From Verrucomicrobiota bacterium (GTDB taxonomy: Bacteria > Verrucomicrobiota > Verrucomicrobiia > Opitutales > Cerasicoccaceae): a stretch of 64,000 bases of DNA. Shown in pieces: positions 27,501 to 35,870 of the stretch. The position numbers and the translations under genes were made by a program. The DNA is taken from assembly GCA_039818205.1 (NCBI GenBank), contig JBCBUK010000001.1, forward strand, positions 128,001 to 192,000, written 5' to 3'. Every line of letters starts with the position of its first letter. Position 1 is the stretch's first letter. The notes under the pieces are model-generated. The model was not told the DNA's origin. It worked only from the letters and a program-made list of their open reading frames with translations, and made no database searches.

Positions 27501-29287
27501 AGTGAAACGGGCACGTTTGAAAACTCAGTATCGTTGATCCCATCGACTTCATTGGTATCAAATGCGAGCCCCGCAAAGTTTCCAGAAAACCCATCCACGG
27601 TGAGGAAGAATTCAACCGTTCCGGTAGGCGTCGTGAACGTACGGTCGTTGTGAGTCAATGTCAGCACCGCCGAGGTAATGTCGTTGATCGTTGCCCCAGC
27701 GCTCAACCCAAAGTCCGACTTCGTGAACGAGAAACTAGCGATACCGTATTCTGAGAAACTGCCGTTTCCATTACCCTGACCATAGTATTCAGTCGAGGAA
27801 GTCACGCCACCTGAGTGAATGGCACCCGCGGCAAACAAATCCTTGTTTGCGTTGTAAGTATTCGCAGTGCCAGAGAAGACAATATTATCGAAGCGGATCA
27901 ATTCAGAGCCCGCATTGTTCTGGATACGAATAACGAGCTGTAAGGTCGAGCCGTTGAGCCCAGTAACCGAACCGGTTCCCGAGGTGAACGCTTCTTGAAA
28001 GTCCGCAAAACTGGTTTCAGAGCCTCCATCCAAAACGTAGAATGCCTGCAGGTAGTCACCACTTTCGTGCCCGCCTGTTTCGCTGGCGTCAAAGGTGATC
28101 CCAACATTGGTAAAATCGTCAATATTCACGACCGGTGAACGCCAAATAACTTCGCCGTCGACGTCACGTGCTTCCATGACTTCCGAAACAACTTGAAGCC
28201 AATCGGTCGTGGCCGTTAGGGCACCACCCGCAACATCGACGGTCCAATCAACACCTGCGGTATCAACCGTGGGCGTTGGTCCGACGGCTCCTTTATTGTT
28301 TTGGCCGGTGAAGTCTTCGGCATAAATCTCGGTACCACTGCCGCCACCGAGAGCGACCGTAGTAAAACTCCAAGTAGTCGCATCGGCAATGCCCGCAAAT
28401 GCATTGCTTGAAGTATCTTCAAGCGCGCCACTATCGATCTGAACGTAATAGCCAGTGTCATTGGCTAGATCACTGGTGGGGTTAATTGTAACCGTATCAT
28501 TGGCAATCGATACATTTGCTGAACCAATCGCGAGTGTCTCGACGGTTGAGTCGTCGGATTGAAGTTTGACCGCGACATTACCGGTGGCAGCCTGGACATT
28601 TTCGTTGAAGATCGCGACGAGGTTTGCATCGACCGCAACACCAGTTGCATCATCAGACGGGCTAAGAGTCGAAATACTTGGCGGAGTAACATCCGCACCG
28701 CCGCTAGCCGTGAAATCAACCGTTAAAGCGGATACCTCGACTCCGTCACTCCCACCATTGACATTCACGGTAAAGCCAACGGTCAATTCGTCTCCACTGG
28801 TAACCGCCACATTCGAGAAGGCGTTTCCTACGTCGGTTCCAGCAGCTACGGGACCACCGAGAGCTGTCTCATCAAGGAAGATCGTTACCGGTGCGTTCGA
28901 ATTGATTTGGTAAAACCAAGTAATGCCCTCGGTCCCCACGTTGTTGAAAACATCGGTACCAATCGTGAGTGCCGAACCGACAATATCGACGGTTCCGTTG
29001 CTGGTAATGTTGATCGGGTCACTGGTGATCGTACCGTCCCCACCCCAATCTTGGACCCGCATAACGCCACCCACGGTAATAAACTCGTTTGTCGAGCCAT
29101 CGCTTGATGGAGAGCTGAACGTTAGCTCCCAGTTGGTTCCAGCGACCGGGCTGCTTTCCAAGGCGTCACCGGCGGTGTCGTGGGTACTGCCTTGGCTGGC
29201 CGTAGCAAAGTCTGCTGTGTAAATAGTCACGCCAAGAGTCCAGCTGGCGCAAAGAAGCGAGGTGAGTAGGAGAAGCGAAGTCTTCAT
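21524..29287 (-). CDS. 2587-aa secreted multidomain enzyme: Ig-like (SbsA/Big_5) repeats, PhoX-type phosphatase, EEP phosphodiesterase, endonuclease I (Bsn-type His-Me)
   Basis: Signal peptide; four D-T-P...F-EN..G-G-I Ig repeats; PhoX motifs FDRMCS, SRPED, NPDN, IQED, WESSG, NVQAH; EEP motifs FATFN, INEFD, HPTPP, GDYNAD, SDH; EndoI motifs WNREHVWPRS, DLHSL, KGMVARAVFYM, NRNPFID. Confidence 0.88.
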   Translation of the reverse strand: MKTSLLLLTSLLCASWTLGVTIYTADFATASQGSTHDTAGDALESSPVAGTNWELTFSSPSSDGSTNEFITVGGVMRVQDWGGDGTITSDPINITSNGTVDIVGSALTIGTDVFNNVGTEGITWFYQINSNAPVTIFLDETALGGPVAAGTDVGNAFSNVAVTSGDELTVGFTVNVNGGSDGVEVSALTVDFTASGGADVTPPSISTLSPSDDATGVAVDANLVAIFNENVQAATGNVAVKLQSDDSTVETLAIGSANVSIANDTVTINPTSDLANDTGYYVQIDSGALEDTSSNAFAGIADATTWSFTTVALGGGSGTEIYAEDFTGQNNKGAVGPTPTVDTAGVDWTVDVAGGALTATTDWLQVVSEVMEARDVDGEVIWRSPVVNIDDFTNVGITFDASETGGHESGDYLQAFYVLDGGSETSFADFQEAFTSGTGSVTGLNGSTLQLVIRIQNNAGSELIRFDNIVFSGTANTYNANKDLFAAGAIHSGGVTSSTEYYGQGNGNGSFSEYGIASFSFTKSDFGLSAGATINDITSAVLTLTHNDRTFTTPTGTVEFFLTVDGFSGNFAGLAFDTNEVDGINDTEFSNVPVSLGQFAYTAATGGVQDQFTLDLSGVESSVLAQLNAEGEFSIIIAPVGASDSITYAGLNNTFDPGNPNLELGISATNSNDSTPPSIASLSPIDDGADFAIDGNLVITFDENVQAGTGNIVIHLASNDSVVETVAIGSGNVTINNASVTIDLTSNLDTSTAYYVQIDNGAIEDVSANAFAGISDTTSWNFSTAAPDLTAPNLVTLSPADDSNLVANNANLEITFNENIAAGSGNITIKLTGDDSTFETVSIGSGKVSINGDTITVDPTGTFADNTDYYVQIDGGAIEDTAGNAFAGFSDKTIWNFLTDIGAVTPDATATKDLFALAGIRTGGDIGSTEFYAEGSGQGQFAIYSIASFQFSNLDFALNGAQQIDNIVSADLTLTHNDRSFTSATATVEFFLTTDTYNGNYAGLTNTLAVINGIDNSEFTYTPVSLGQFPYTAQAGGAQDTFTLDLSGVEADLLAQLQNGAEFSIIIAAVGSLDAITYSGLNNTFDPGNPSLTLEVTESAVTDTTAPVVASFDPSDDAIGVIVNSNLLINFNEIIQKGTGNITIRRSSNNSIVETIDVTTPQVTANLGTLTINPAANFDPATSYYVQVDAGAVLDTSGNSFAGIVDTTTYDFTTTTPAIDTVGPFTTSENALSGTVIGDLNSAIVGNEGFQYAILAGDAAPTKMKPVAGAGFKITPVFTAGDAVSGASGALNSNTPGNFSPVGVFDGIGAYELDVDTVRVFFNHEIEPEQGYAYQLANGTSITGARVSYLDIDKATRSVVDGGYAYDTIYDRSGNIVTAASQINERGHATEGFDRMCSSSLYEANSFGAGRGLADRIYMNGEEAAKTFGSAHGGTVWALDVASGGFYAVPAMGRGSWENVALLDTGTTTHVAFVLGDDLESAPLYLYVGEKGKDKDGLASSSFLARNGLEFGTLYVWRADNGNTTPQQFFGTGSNRAGTFVEIDPQDVSQAGQAGHDSAGYKDGTTMRSESDSLGGFSFSRPEDLATDPNDGTRFAFASTGRGNLFPFDKWGCIYIVDVDFTNLGAPTADIDLLYDADDQGGGQFFSSEQGLRNPDNLDWADDNFLYIQEDRAGGATTDFANSGQETSIWKVDSTTGQATRIAQMCRDVVLPLGSTDGSTNDLGNWESSGILDVSSLFGEAGGSLFLFNVQAHSVTDGLIAANNLVQGAQMCFMEANGGGPAFRINPNSGVITINDASNIDTSVRSQYVIRIQAFDGVSHVFDSVTIDINSDVVNEPSSIRFATFNGSMAEFPNGLIAATSITNTTHINEVAEIIQINNADVILINEFDYDSGGQALRNFLDNYLAVPQNGQSPVYYGYTYLAPVNTGVHSGFDLDNNGSVVSTPGSQAYGDDAFGFGEYEGQYGMVLLSKYPINYSGIRTFQQFLWKDMPNNLLPPDPLDSDGDFDTGNYYTAAEQDVFRLSSKSHWDVPILVGSETIHALCAHPTPPAFDDGTETDFANPTIVDENGRRNHDEIRFWADYIKGESYIYDDAELISAGNTTPPSPTGGFTGGEKFVILGDYNADPDEGDSTADAALQFTDEPLINNTIVPTGIGGPEPSDTADFVGGLRVDYALPSANQTITGAGVFWPSPEGIAAVSDHHLVYVDLFVPVNAQVLLSYYQSAEGLTGTALQNALHDIIDDHTQVSYGDAPDVFRVIDEDESDSSAIRLIYSLATLSKSSGSWNREHVWPRSLGVGDNGPDHSDLHSLFPCQSDVNSLRSNLPFDESTGGTTSNSFAPESTRDSNSWEPLDRDKGMVARAVFYMMVRYDGSDPSTTNLMLSDSPSGSSEMGILSTLLEWNRAFPPTAYEIERNNQIYEGVDVGGGNVLGQFNRNPFIDFYQFADAIFLSAGDTTYEKFVAEQFTLEQLLEGTDTSPNADPNFDGVSNYLHFLTNTSANGVSGPLLDFGSPAPLQVQISFFRPLSGSVPEQAKLERSTTLDPMSWIEVPNWENDATITTTGDYEEIEYDYMLTPATEPEIFFRVNYE

Positions 29288-29400
29288 TGGAGATCAAAAA
29301 TGTCGGCGGAAAATTGAAACGATATTGTGGCCCGAGTTGAATGCCTGGCCGTGATCGTGAAATTCAGGTGAAAGTTGCGATGCGATCCTTCAGAAAACAC

Positions 29401-29430
29401 TCATGGCCGCTAATCGCTTAGCGGCCATGA
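29401..29430 (-). terminator. Stem-loop between PEP-CTERM gene and megaenzyme gene
   Basis: TCATGGCCGCTAA-tcgc-TTAGCGGCCATGA 13-bp stem; TTTT lies a few nt downstream on the minus strand. Confidence 0.65.
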
Positions 29431-29456
29431 GGCATGTAATTGTGTGTGCTGTCGGG

Positions 29457-30185
29457 CTAGCGGCGACGACGACGGATGGAGTAAGCGAGGGCGCATACGC
29501 CAAGGATCAAACCAACCGTGCCTGGCTCAGGAACCACGACCGCGTTTGGAGAGCCAATTGAAGAGATCGCTACCGTTGGATCGACATCAAAACTGGTGCC
29601 TGGAACCGCTGCGCCGGAGATGTTGTAAACGTCCGAACCTGCTGGATCGTTAATCGCGAACCACGCATCAGTTGCGCCATCGCGGAAAATCACCTGTGGC
29701 TCGTCGCCAGTGTATGCGAAATCCTGACCTCCAAGCTCCGTGCCGATCAAGTTCGCTTCGTCACCAACGCTGTCTGGAACACCGATTGCGTCAAAAATCG
29801 TTCCCAATGAAGAAACGTCAAGGCCGATGCCGTTATCGTTCGGGTCGATGTCAGTGGTGCCAATTGTTCCGGTGAAATCGGAAGTCAAAACGAATGTCAT
29901 CGAAGGATTCTCGAAGTCAGGAACCGAAACAACGAGAAGGCCATCGGCGTCGAAGTTACCGGATACCTGAGTAGCGCGATCAACGACACCAACAAAGGAG
30001 CCTGGATCCGCTTCTAGCGAAAGGACCCAACCGCTGAAAGCTGCCAAGGCAGTGCCTTTGAGCTCGACGTCTGTGTTCGCAGGATCGCCTCCGGTTGGAT
30101 TCGGGAAGAGTTCGTTAAAAACTTGAGCGTTTGCGGAAGTTGTGAGAACCGCAGCAGCTGCAATGAGTGATAGATGTTTCTTCAT
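29457..30185 (-). CDS. PEP-CTERM protein with a lamin-tail-like domain
   Basis: Signal peptide ..SANAQ; VFNELFPNPTGGD..VELKG; VPEPGT + TM + RRRRR. Confidence 0.88.
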   Translation of the reverse strand: MKKHLSLIAAAAVLTTSANAQVFNELFPNPTGGDPANTDVELKGTALAAFSGWVLSLEADPGSFVGVVDRATQVSGNFDADGLLVVSVPDFENPSMTFVLTSDFTGTIGTTDIDPNDNGIGLDVSSLGTIFDAIGVPDSVGDEANLIGTELGGQDFAYTGDEPQVIFRDGATDAWFAINDPAGSDVYNISGAAVPGTSFDVDPTVAISSIGSPNAVVVPEPGTVGLILGVCALAYSIRRRRR

Positions 30186-30894
30186 AATTTAGTCAGTAGG
30201 TCTTTTGAAAATTCGCTCTCAGTAAACGGTTTGTTTAGAACGATACAATTCCTGCAGTGTAAAAGGTCGGTCACACTCGACCCATTCGCGTAACACACTT
30301 CCAAACGGTCCTAGCTCGCGACTTAATCCAATGTTACAATCACGGAATAAACACACAGCTTCGAGCGTCTCAATTGGTGGCTAGGCACGGGTAAATCGAT
30401 CCCCCTTGAACCCAGTATCGATCTTCACGCGGACAAATTTGATAAACGAAAACGCTCCTGCGTAATCCTAATATACGATCCGCTTATACGACATGACGAA
30501 ATTTGACAAAAATGGAGAATTACAAATCCCAATAGGTCACAAATTACTCCTTAGGAAAACCGGGCTTTATCCGATAACATCGATGCAATTCGCGAAATAG
30601 ACTTTCGAAACGATCGACCAACGATCCTTTCAATAACCCCCTGATTAATAAACAGTTAAATGAAATTCGCTTAGAATTCACGGAGATCCCACCATCTTTC
30701 GCCAGACGCAAACTTGAAAATTATTCACAATCCCACCTTCATACTGCCAGCTAAGGTGATATGAAGTTCTCTGTATATAAAGCGGAAATTTCCCACGTCT
30801 CTCCCAACGCGTCCCCCTACGCGTATAGACAATTTTCCGTATTCATTGAGTCACCAGGTTTCCACTGTAAATCCCACCCTAGATCGTCACCCAA

Positions 30895-33800
30895 ATGAGA
30901 AAATGTCTCACCTTCTCACTCACTACTGTATTATTCATTCTATCGACGTGCATCGTTAACGCGCACGGATTCCGAGTCCTTGTTTTTACTAAGACCGCTG
31001 GTTTTCAGCATGGCTCAATTCCGGATGGAGTTGCGGCCGTTCAAGAGCTGGGCCTCGAACACGATTTCGATGTGACGGTTACCGACGACGCTTCGGTATT
31101 CATCAGTGAGCTTCCCAGCCACAATGCCGTGCTGTTCCTCAACACCTCAGGTGATGTGCTTAACGCTTCGCAACAAAGCACGTTTCAAGCGTGGTATCAA
31201 AGCGGTAGAGCCTTCGTCGGAATCCATGCGGCTGCAGATACCGAACATAACTGGCAGTGGTATCGCGACTTGGTCGGCGCGATCATCAGCAACCATTCGG
31301 GCATTGTGAATGCCGACGTTAAGTTTCTCGACCAGATCCACCCGATTACCAATATCACCAATCCAGTCACGTCGGAGCGCGTTGAGATCTGGCAAGCTAA
31401 CGATGAGTGGTATAACTTCCAAGCAAGCCCGCGAGGGGATGTTCATGTGCTGGCTATTGTGGACGAAGACACCTACTCTGGCGGCACCCATGGCGGAGAT
31501 CACCCAATTGCATGGTGCCAGGAATTCGATGGTGGACGGTCAGCATTTCTGGGAATGGGCCACACCAGCGAAATTTACGATGATCCGATCTTCCGTGACC
31601 TAATTACCAACGCGCTTGAATGGTCAGTTGGCGAATTCGGCGGCGACAGCCAAGCAACGATCGATAGCAACTATCAGGTTCAGGTCCTGGCAAATTTCAA
31701 CAACCCAATGTCGATCGATATCGACGACGATGGAAACGTTTACGTCATTGAGCGAACGACGGGAAATGTTCGTCGCTACAATCCGTCGAATGGGCAAACC
31801 ACCACGCTCGACAATATTTCGGTTTATTCCGGCGGGGAGTTCGGAATGCTGGGGATCGCCCTCGCACCGGATTTCTCAACAAGCAACCACATATACCTTT
31901 TCTATAGTCTGCCGCAAACGGGTGCAAATCAGCGCTTATCACGGTACACACTCACTGGCAGCGGTCTTACCGACGAACGCGTGATCTTGGAATTTCCGGT
32001 CGAACGTCCCGATACCCCAGGTGTTGGCAACAATCCACAAGGGCATCACCAAGCTGGCTGTATGCGTTTTGATGCTGACGGTAATCTTCTCATCAGCATT
32101 GGAGACAACACTGACGCCAGCGGATTTGCACCGCGCAACGACAACCGCTTGATCAAAGACGCCCGCCGCGCATCGGCCAACACCAACGACCTGCGTGGAA
32201 AGATCATCCGAATCAAGCCAGACGTCGGTCAAGGACCCGCCGCCCATCCCAACTACACCATTCCAGCTGGGAACCTCTTTTCACAGACGACCTCAACGGA
32301 GCGCGCCGAAATCTATGTCATGGGTGCGCGAAATCCCTTTCGCTTTAGCATCGATCCACACACTGGATGGCTCTACTACGGCGATGTCGGCCCAGACGCA
32401 CTTAACGACGGAGGCGGTTCGTTTCAGGGACCAGCTGGCCACGATGAATTCAATCAAGTGCGAAGCGCAGGAAACTTTGGTTGGCCCTACTACATCGGTT
32501 TCAACCGCGCTTATCGCGATGGCTCCGGCAACGAATGGACACCAGCAACCATAAGCTCCGATCTGAATTCATATTTCAATCGCATCGGCGTCACCGCAGA
32601 AACAACAATTCCCTCCCCGTTGCCAGCTTGGATAACCTACACCTATCTTAACCACCTTGGGTTTCCCGAGATGCGCAAACAGGCTGAAGGCATTCGCGAA
32701 GGTCGCGCCGTTATGGCTGGTCCGGTTTACGAATGGCGCGCAGGTGCCAGCGACAATGCTTTTCCGCGCTATCACGACAAGACAGTGTTTCTCTTTGACT
32801 TTACCCGTGGTCTCGTCGCTGAAGCCAAAACCGATTCTGACGGAAACCTGCTCGACCTGAAACGCTTCCTTCCAAATCAAGGTTTCTCCGGGCCTATCGA
32901 TATGATGTTTGGTCCCGACGGAATGCTTTACTATATCGAGCTCTACAACGGAAGTCTCCGCCGAATAGCCTACTCGGCCGGCAATCTGCGACCTACCGCC
33001 ATCGCTTCAGCCGACCAAACCTCTGGGCCACTTCCGTTGTCCGTTCAGTTTACTGGCGATCTATCCAGCGACCAAGAAGATGGAAGTAACCTGACCTATT
33101 CCTGGGATTTTGGTGACGGCACGCCTAACTCTAGTCTTCCTAACCCCAGCTACGTCTACCAGTTCCCAGGCACCTACAACGTGCAGCTTGTAGTCACGGA
33201 TACTGATGGGCTCTCCGCGAATACCAACTTGACGATCTATGCCGGCAACTCGGCCCCAACGATCGCATTCGACGCACCCTACAACAACTCATTCTTCGAT
33301 TGGGGAGATGATATCGGATTCGACATCGTAATTACCGACGCAGAGGATGGCTCAAGTGCCAATGGCGCCATCGACCCGGCCAATGTTTTGTTTGAAGGCT
33401 CTTTAGGACACGTTCGGCACCAACACAATGAATCGCAGATCAACGCGCTCCGCGGAACCGACGATGTCGCTCGCGACGACTCTCACGGTTTTGACGATGA
33501 CGTTTACTACGTCTTTGATGCGTATTTTACCGACCAAGGAGCCCCAGGTGTCGGACCAATCTCAGTGCAAGCAACCTCGACGTTGCGTCCCAAGATCTTG
33601 ATGGCTCAATTGTTTGACGAAAACCAAGGCGTGACCATCCAAGCTACACAGGACCCACTGGGCGGCGTCGAAGACGTATCGAGTATCGATGATGGAGACT
33701 GGATCTGCTTCCAGGCATTAAACCTCTACCAGATTGAAGCGTTGCGCTTCCGCTTAGCATCGGTCTTTGGAGGAACGATCGAGGTTCGATCCGGCTCGCC

Positions 33801-35835
33801 GACAGGACCACTACTGGCGACTGCAAGTGTTTCTCCCACAGGCGGCAATGATCAATATACCGATACCACGGTTTCCATCGCCGGGACCTCGACGCCGATC
33901 GACCTATACTTCGTTTTTGAGAACACCTCCAACCCAAGCGATATCTTTCGTCTAAACTGGATTGGATTCCGCGGACAAGGCGCGACGACCTACGCTGGGC
34001 TTCCTCAGCTCACCGAGGCACGTATGTTGTCGTCGAATTTCATCAACCTCGTGTTTGACCAAGCCATGGATTACGCGACGACAAGTGACCCCAGCAACTA
34101 CTCGCTGGACAATGGAGCCACGGTTACGGATGTCACAATTTCTCCGGATCAGGAATCGGTCACGCTGACCACCACTACCCTAGCAAACGGCAACTATTAC
34201 AACCTGTCGGTATCGGGTTGCGAGGACCTAGCAGGAGATGCCATCGCGGACAGTTCATTTGTCTTGTTTAATTCCAATATCCAAGACGCCTTCTTCCTGG
34301 GCATCAATGCCGGAGGTACTCAGTATGAAGACAGCGAGGGACGGGTTTGGTTTGGTGAAATTGCCAGTGTTGCTTCCAGCCGCCTGATCAACGTCGACTT
34401 CAATGACTCAACGCCAGAGAACATGTCTGGGCCAGCCGCCGTTGGCAACAGCGGCGATCTCTGGAATAGCATCTCAGTGAGTGGCGGGTGGACATCGATC
34501 AACGGAAACAACCTAACTAGAGCAAACGGAGGCACGAGTAACATCTCGATGAATCTCTCTAGCTTTGAAAGTTCCGGTGGAGCATTGGATGGCTTCTTCT
34601 TCGAGCAAGGCGACCTACCTGACTCAAACATTGCCACATCTATCGAGTCATTGACCAGCGACTATACCTACATGCCGAATACCAACAATTCGGGGAACAA
34701 CAGTTCCAATGCAGGCGCCTATTTCATATTTACCCTTACTGGACTCGATACCAATTTAGACTACGACCTTTACCTCTACGGTTCTGCTGACGGCAGCAAT
34801 CAAGGCGCACGATTCACCTACAACGGTGTCTCACGATCAACGGTCAATAGCACCACCAACCGAACCGATCCAGTCGAGGGTGAAGACTATGTTGTCTTCA
34901 ACAGCGCCCGCCCCGCCTCTGATGGTTCGATCACAGTAAGGATTGAAAACAACGGTGCCGGCACCCAATGGTTCAACATCGCTGGCTTTCAATTGTTCAT
35001 CGACGATGGAACTTCAACCCCAGTCAACTACCATAGCACGAGCAATACATTCTCGAATGGAGATTCGATTTCCGGAACCGATGACGACCCGCTTTACCAA
35101 AGTGAACGCTGGGCCACTACAGACATCGACTACACCATTCCGATTGAGAGCGGAACTTACGATGTGACCCTCAAATTCGCAGAAATCTTTTTCACCAGCA
35201 GCAATTCGCGATTGTTCAACGTTCAGATTGAGGGCGGCGGTAATATCTTTTCCCCAGACCTCGATATATATGCCCAAGCGGGTCACGATACCGCCTTGGA
35301 TCACGTCATCCGCGATGTCACCGTCATCGATGGATCGCTGGACATCAGCATTGTCGATGTCGGCGAAGAAAACCCCAAGATCTCGGCCATCGCGATTGAA
35401 CGCCCAGCCAAACAAGACTTACCCGACGATTCATTTGCAGAGTTCATAAGTATTCACTATACTCGCCCCGTCGGTTTAGCCACCAATGACGAAAACGACC
35501 AGCAAGGCCTTCTCGAAGAATATGCCTTTGGGAATGATCCATTTGTGAGCGACAACGTTATACTTGATTTAACCTCCAGTGGAGCTGATTTCGACTTTGC
35601 CTTTGAGCGTCCGATTGGACTCATCGACTTGGAGTATACCATTGAAGTCTCTCCAAACCTATTGGACTGGTTTGACCTTTCGATGACTCCCCAAACTTCC
35701 CCGATCGACGGAACAATGGAGCGCGTTACCTATAGTGATCTTGAATCCGCCGTGGCATCAATACCGGGTTTTGTTATTGAGAACGGTATGTTTGTTCGCA
35801 TCAATGTGTCACTTACGCCCATTCCCGCGGAATAG
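30895..35835 (+). CDS. Secreted ThuA + GSDH (PQQ-type sugar dehydrogenase beta-propeller) + PKD + CBM6 + Ig-like + malectin protein
   Basis: RVLVFTKTAGFQH (ThuA); HHQAG, IGDN, DLRGKIIRI, GARNPFR, GDVGPD, GNFGWP (GSDH); YSWDFGDG (PKD); IDDGDWI..LNW (CBM6); LYQSER..LKFAEI (malectin). Confidence 0.88.
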   Translation: MRKCLTFSLTTVLFILSTCIVNAHGFRVLVFTKTAGFQHGSIPDGVAAVQELGLEHDFDVTVTDDASVFISELPSHNAVLFLNTSGDVLNASQQSTFQAWYQSGRAFVGIHAAADTEHNWQWYRDLVGAIISNHSGIVNADVKFLDQIHPITNITNPVTSERVEIWQANDEWYNFQASPRGDVHVLAIVDEDTYSGGTHGGDHPIAWCQEFDGGRSAFLGMGHTSEIYDDPIFRDLITNALEWSVGEFGGDSQATIDSNYQVQVLANFNNPMSIDIDDDGNVYVIERTTGNVRRYNPSNGQTTTLDNISVYSGGEFGMLGIALAPDFSTSNHIYLFYSLPQTGANQRLSRYTLTGSGLTDERVILEFPVERPDTPGVGNNPQGHHQAGCMRFDADGNLLISIGDNTDASGFAPRNDNRLIKDARRASANTNDLRGKIIRIKPDVGQGPAAHPNYTIPAGNLFSQTTSTERAEIYVMGARNPFRFSIDPHTGWLYYGDVGPDALNDGGGSFQGPAGHDEFNQVRSAGNFGWPYYIGFNRAYRDGSGNEWTPATISSDLNSYFNRIGVTAETTIPSPLPAWITYTYLNHLGFPEMRKQAEGIREGRAVMAGPVYEWRAGASDNAFPRYHDKTVFLFDFTRGLVAEAKTDSDGNLLDLKRFLPNQGFSGPIDMMFGPDGMLYYIELYNGSLRRIAYSAGNLRPTAIASADQTSGPLPLSVQFTGDLSSDQEDGSNLTYSWDFGDGTPNSSLPNPSYVYQFPGTYNVQLVVTDTDGLSANTNLTIYAGNSAPTIAFDAPYNNSFFDWGDDIGFDIVITDAEDGSSANGAIDPANVLFEGSLGHVRHQHNESQINALRGTDDVARDDSHGFDDDVYYVFDAYFTDQGAPGVGPISVQATSTLRPKILMAQLFDENQGVTIQATQDPLGGVEDVSSIDDGDWICFQALNLYQIEALRFRLASVFGGTIEVRSGSPTGPLLATASVSPTGGNDQYTDTTVSIAGTSTPIDLYFVFENTSNPSDIFRLNWIGFRGQGATTYAGLPQLTEARMLSSNFINLVFDQAMDYATTSDPSNYSLDNGATVTDVTISPDQESVTLTTTTLANGNYYNLSVSGCEDLAGDAIADSSFVLFNSNIQDAFFLGINAGGTQYEDSEGRVWFGEIASVASSRLINVDFNDSTPENMSGPAAVGNSGDLWNSISVSGGWTSINGNNLTRANGGTSNISMNLSSFESSGGALDGFFFEQGDLPDSNIATSIESLTSDYTYMPNTNNSGNNSSNAGAYFIFTLTGLDTNLDYDLYLYGSADGSNQGARFTYNGVSRSTVNSTTNRTDPVEGEDYVVFNSARPASDGSITVRIENNGAGTQWFNIAGFQLFIDDGTSTPVNYHSTSNTFSNGDSISGTDDDPLYQSERWATTDIDYTIPIESGTYDVTLKFAEIFFTSSNSRLFNVQIEGGGNIFSPDLDIYAQAGHDTALDHVIRDVTVIDGSLDISIVDVGEENPKISAIAIERPAKQDLPDDSFAEFISIHYTRPVGLATNDENDQQGLLEEYAFGNDPFVSDNVILDLTSSGADFDFAFERPIGLIDLEYTIEVSPNLLDWFDLSMTPQTSPIDGTMERVTYSDLESAVASIPGFVIENGMFVRINVSLTPIPAE

Positions 35836-35870
35836 AATCTAAACAAACCTTTCGCGATTCGATCATATTG

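Noticed and set aside
30186..30894. Pho boxes or an RNA element in the 700-bp divergent intergenic region
   Set aside because: GTCACA, GTAACA and GTTACA-like words are present but not at 11-bp spacing; no recognisable riboswitch or ORF.
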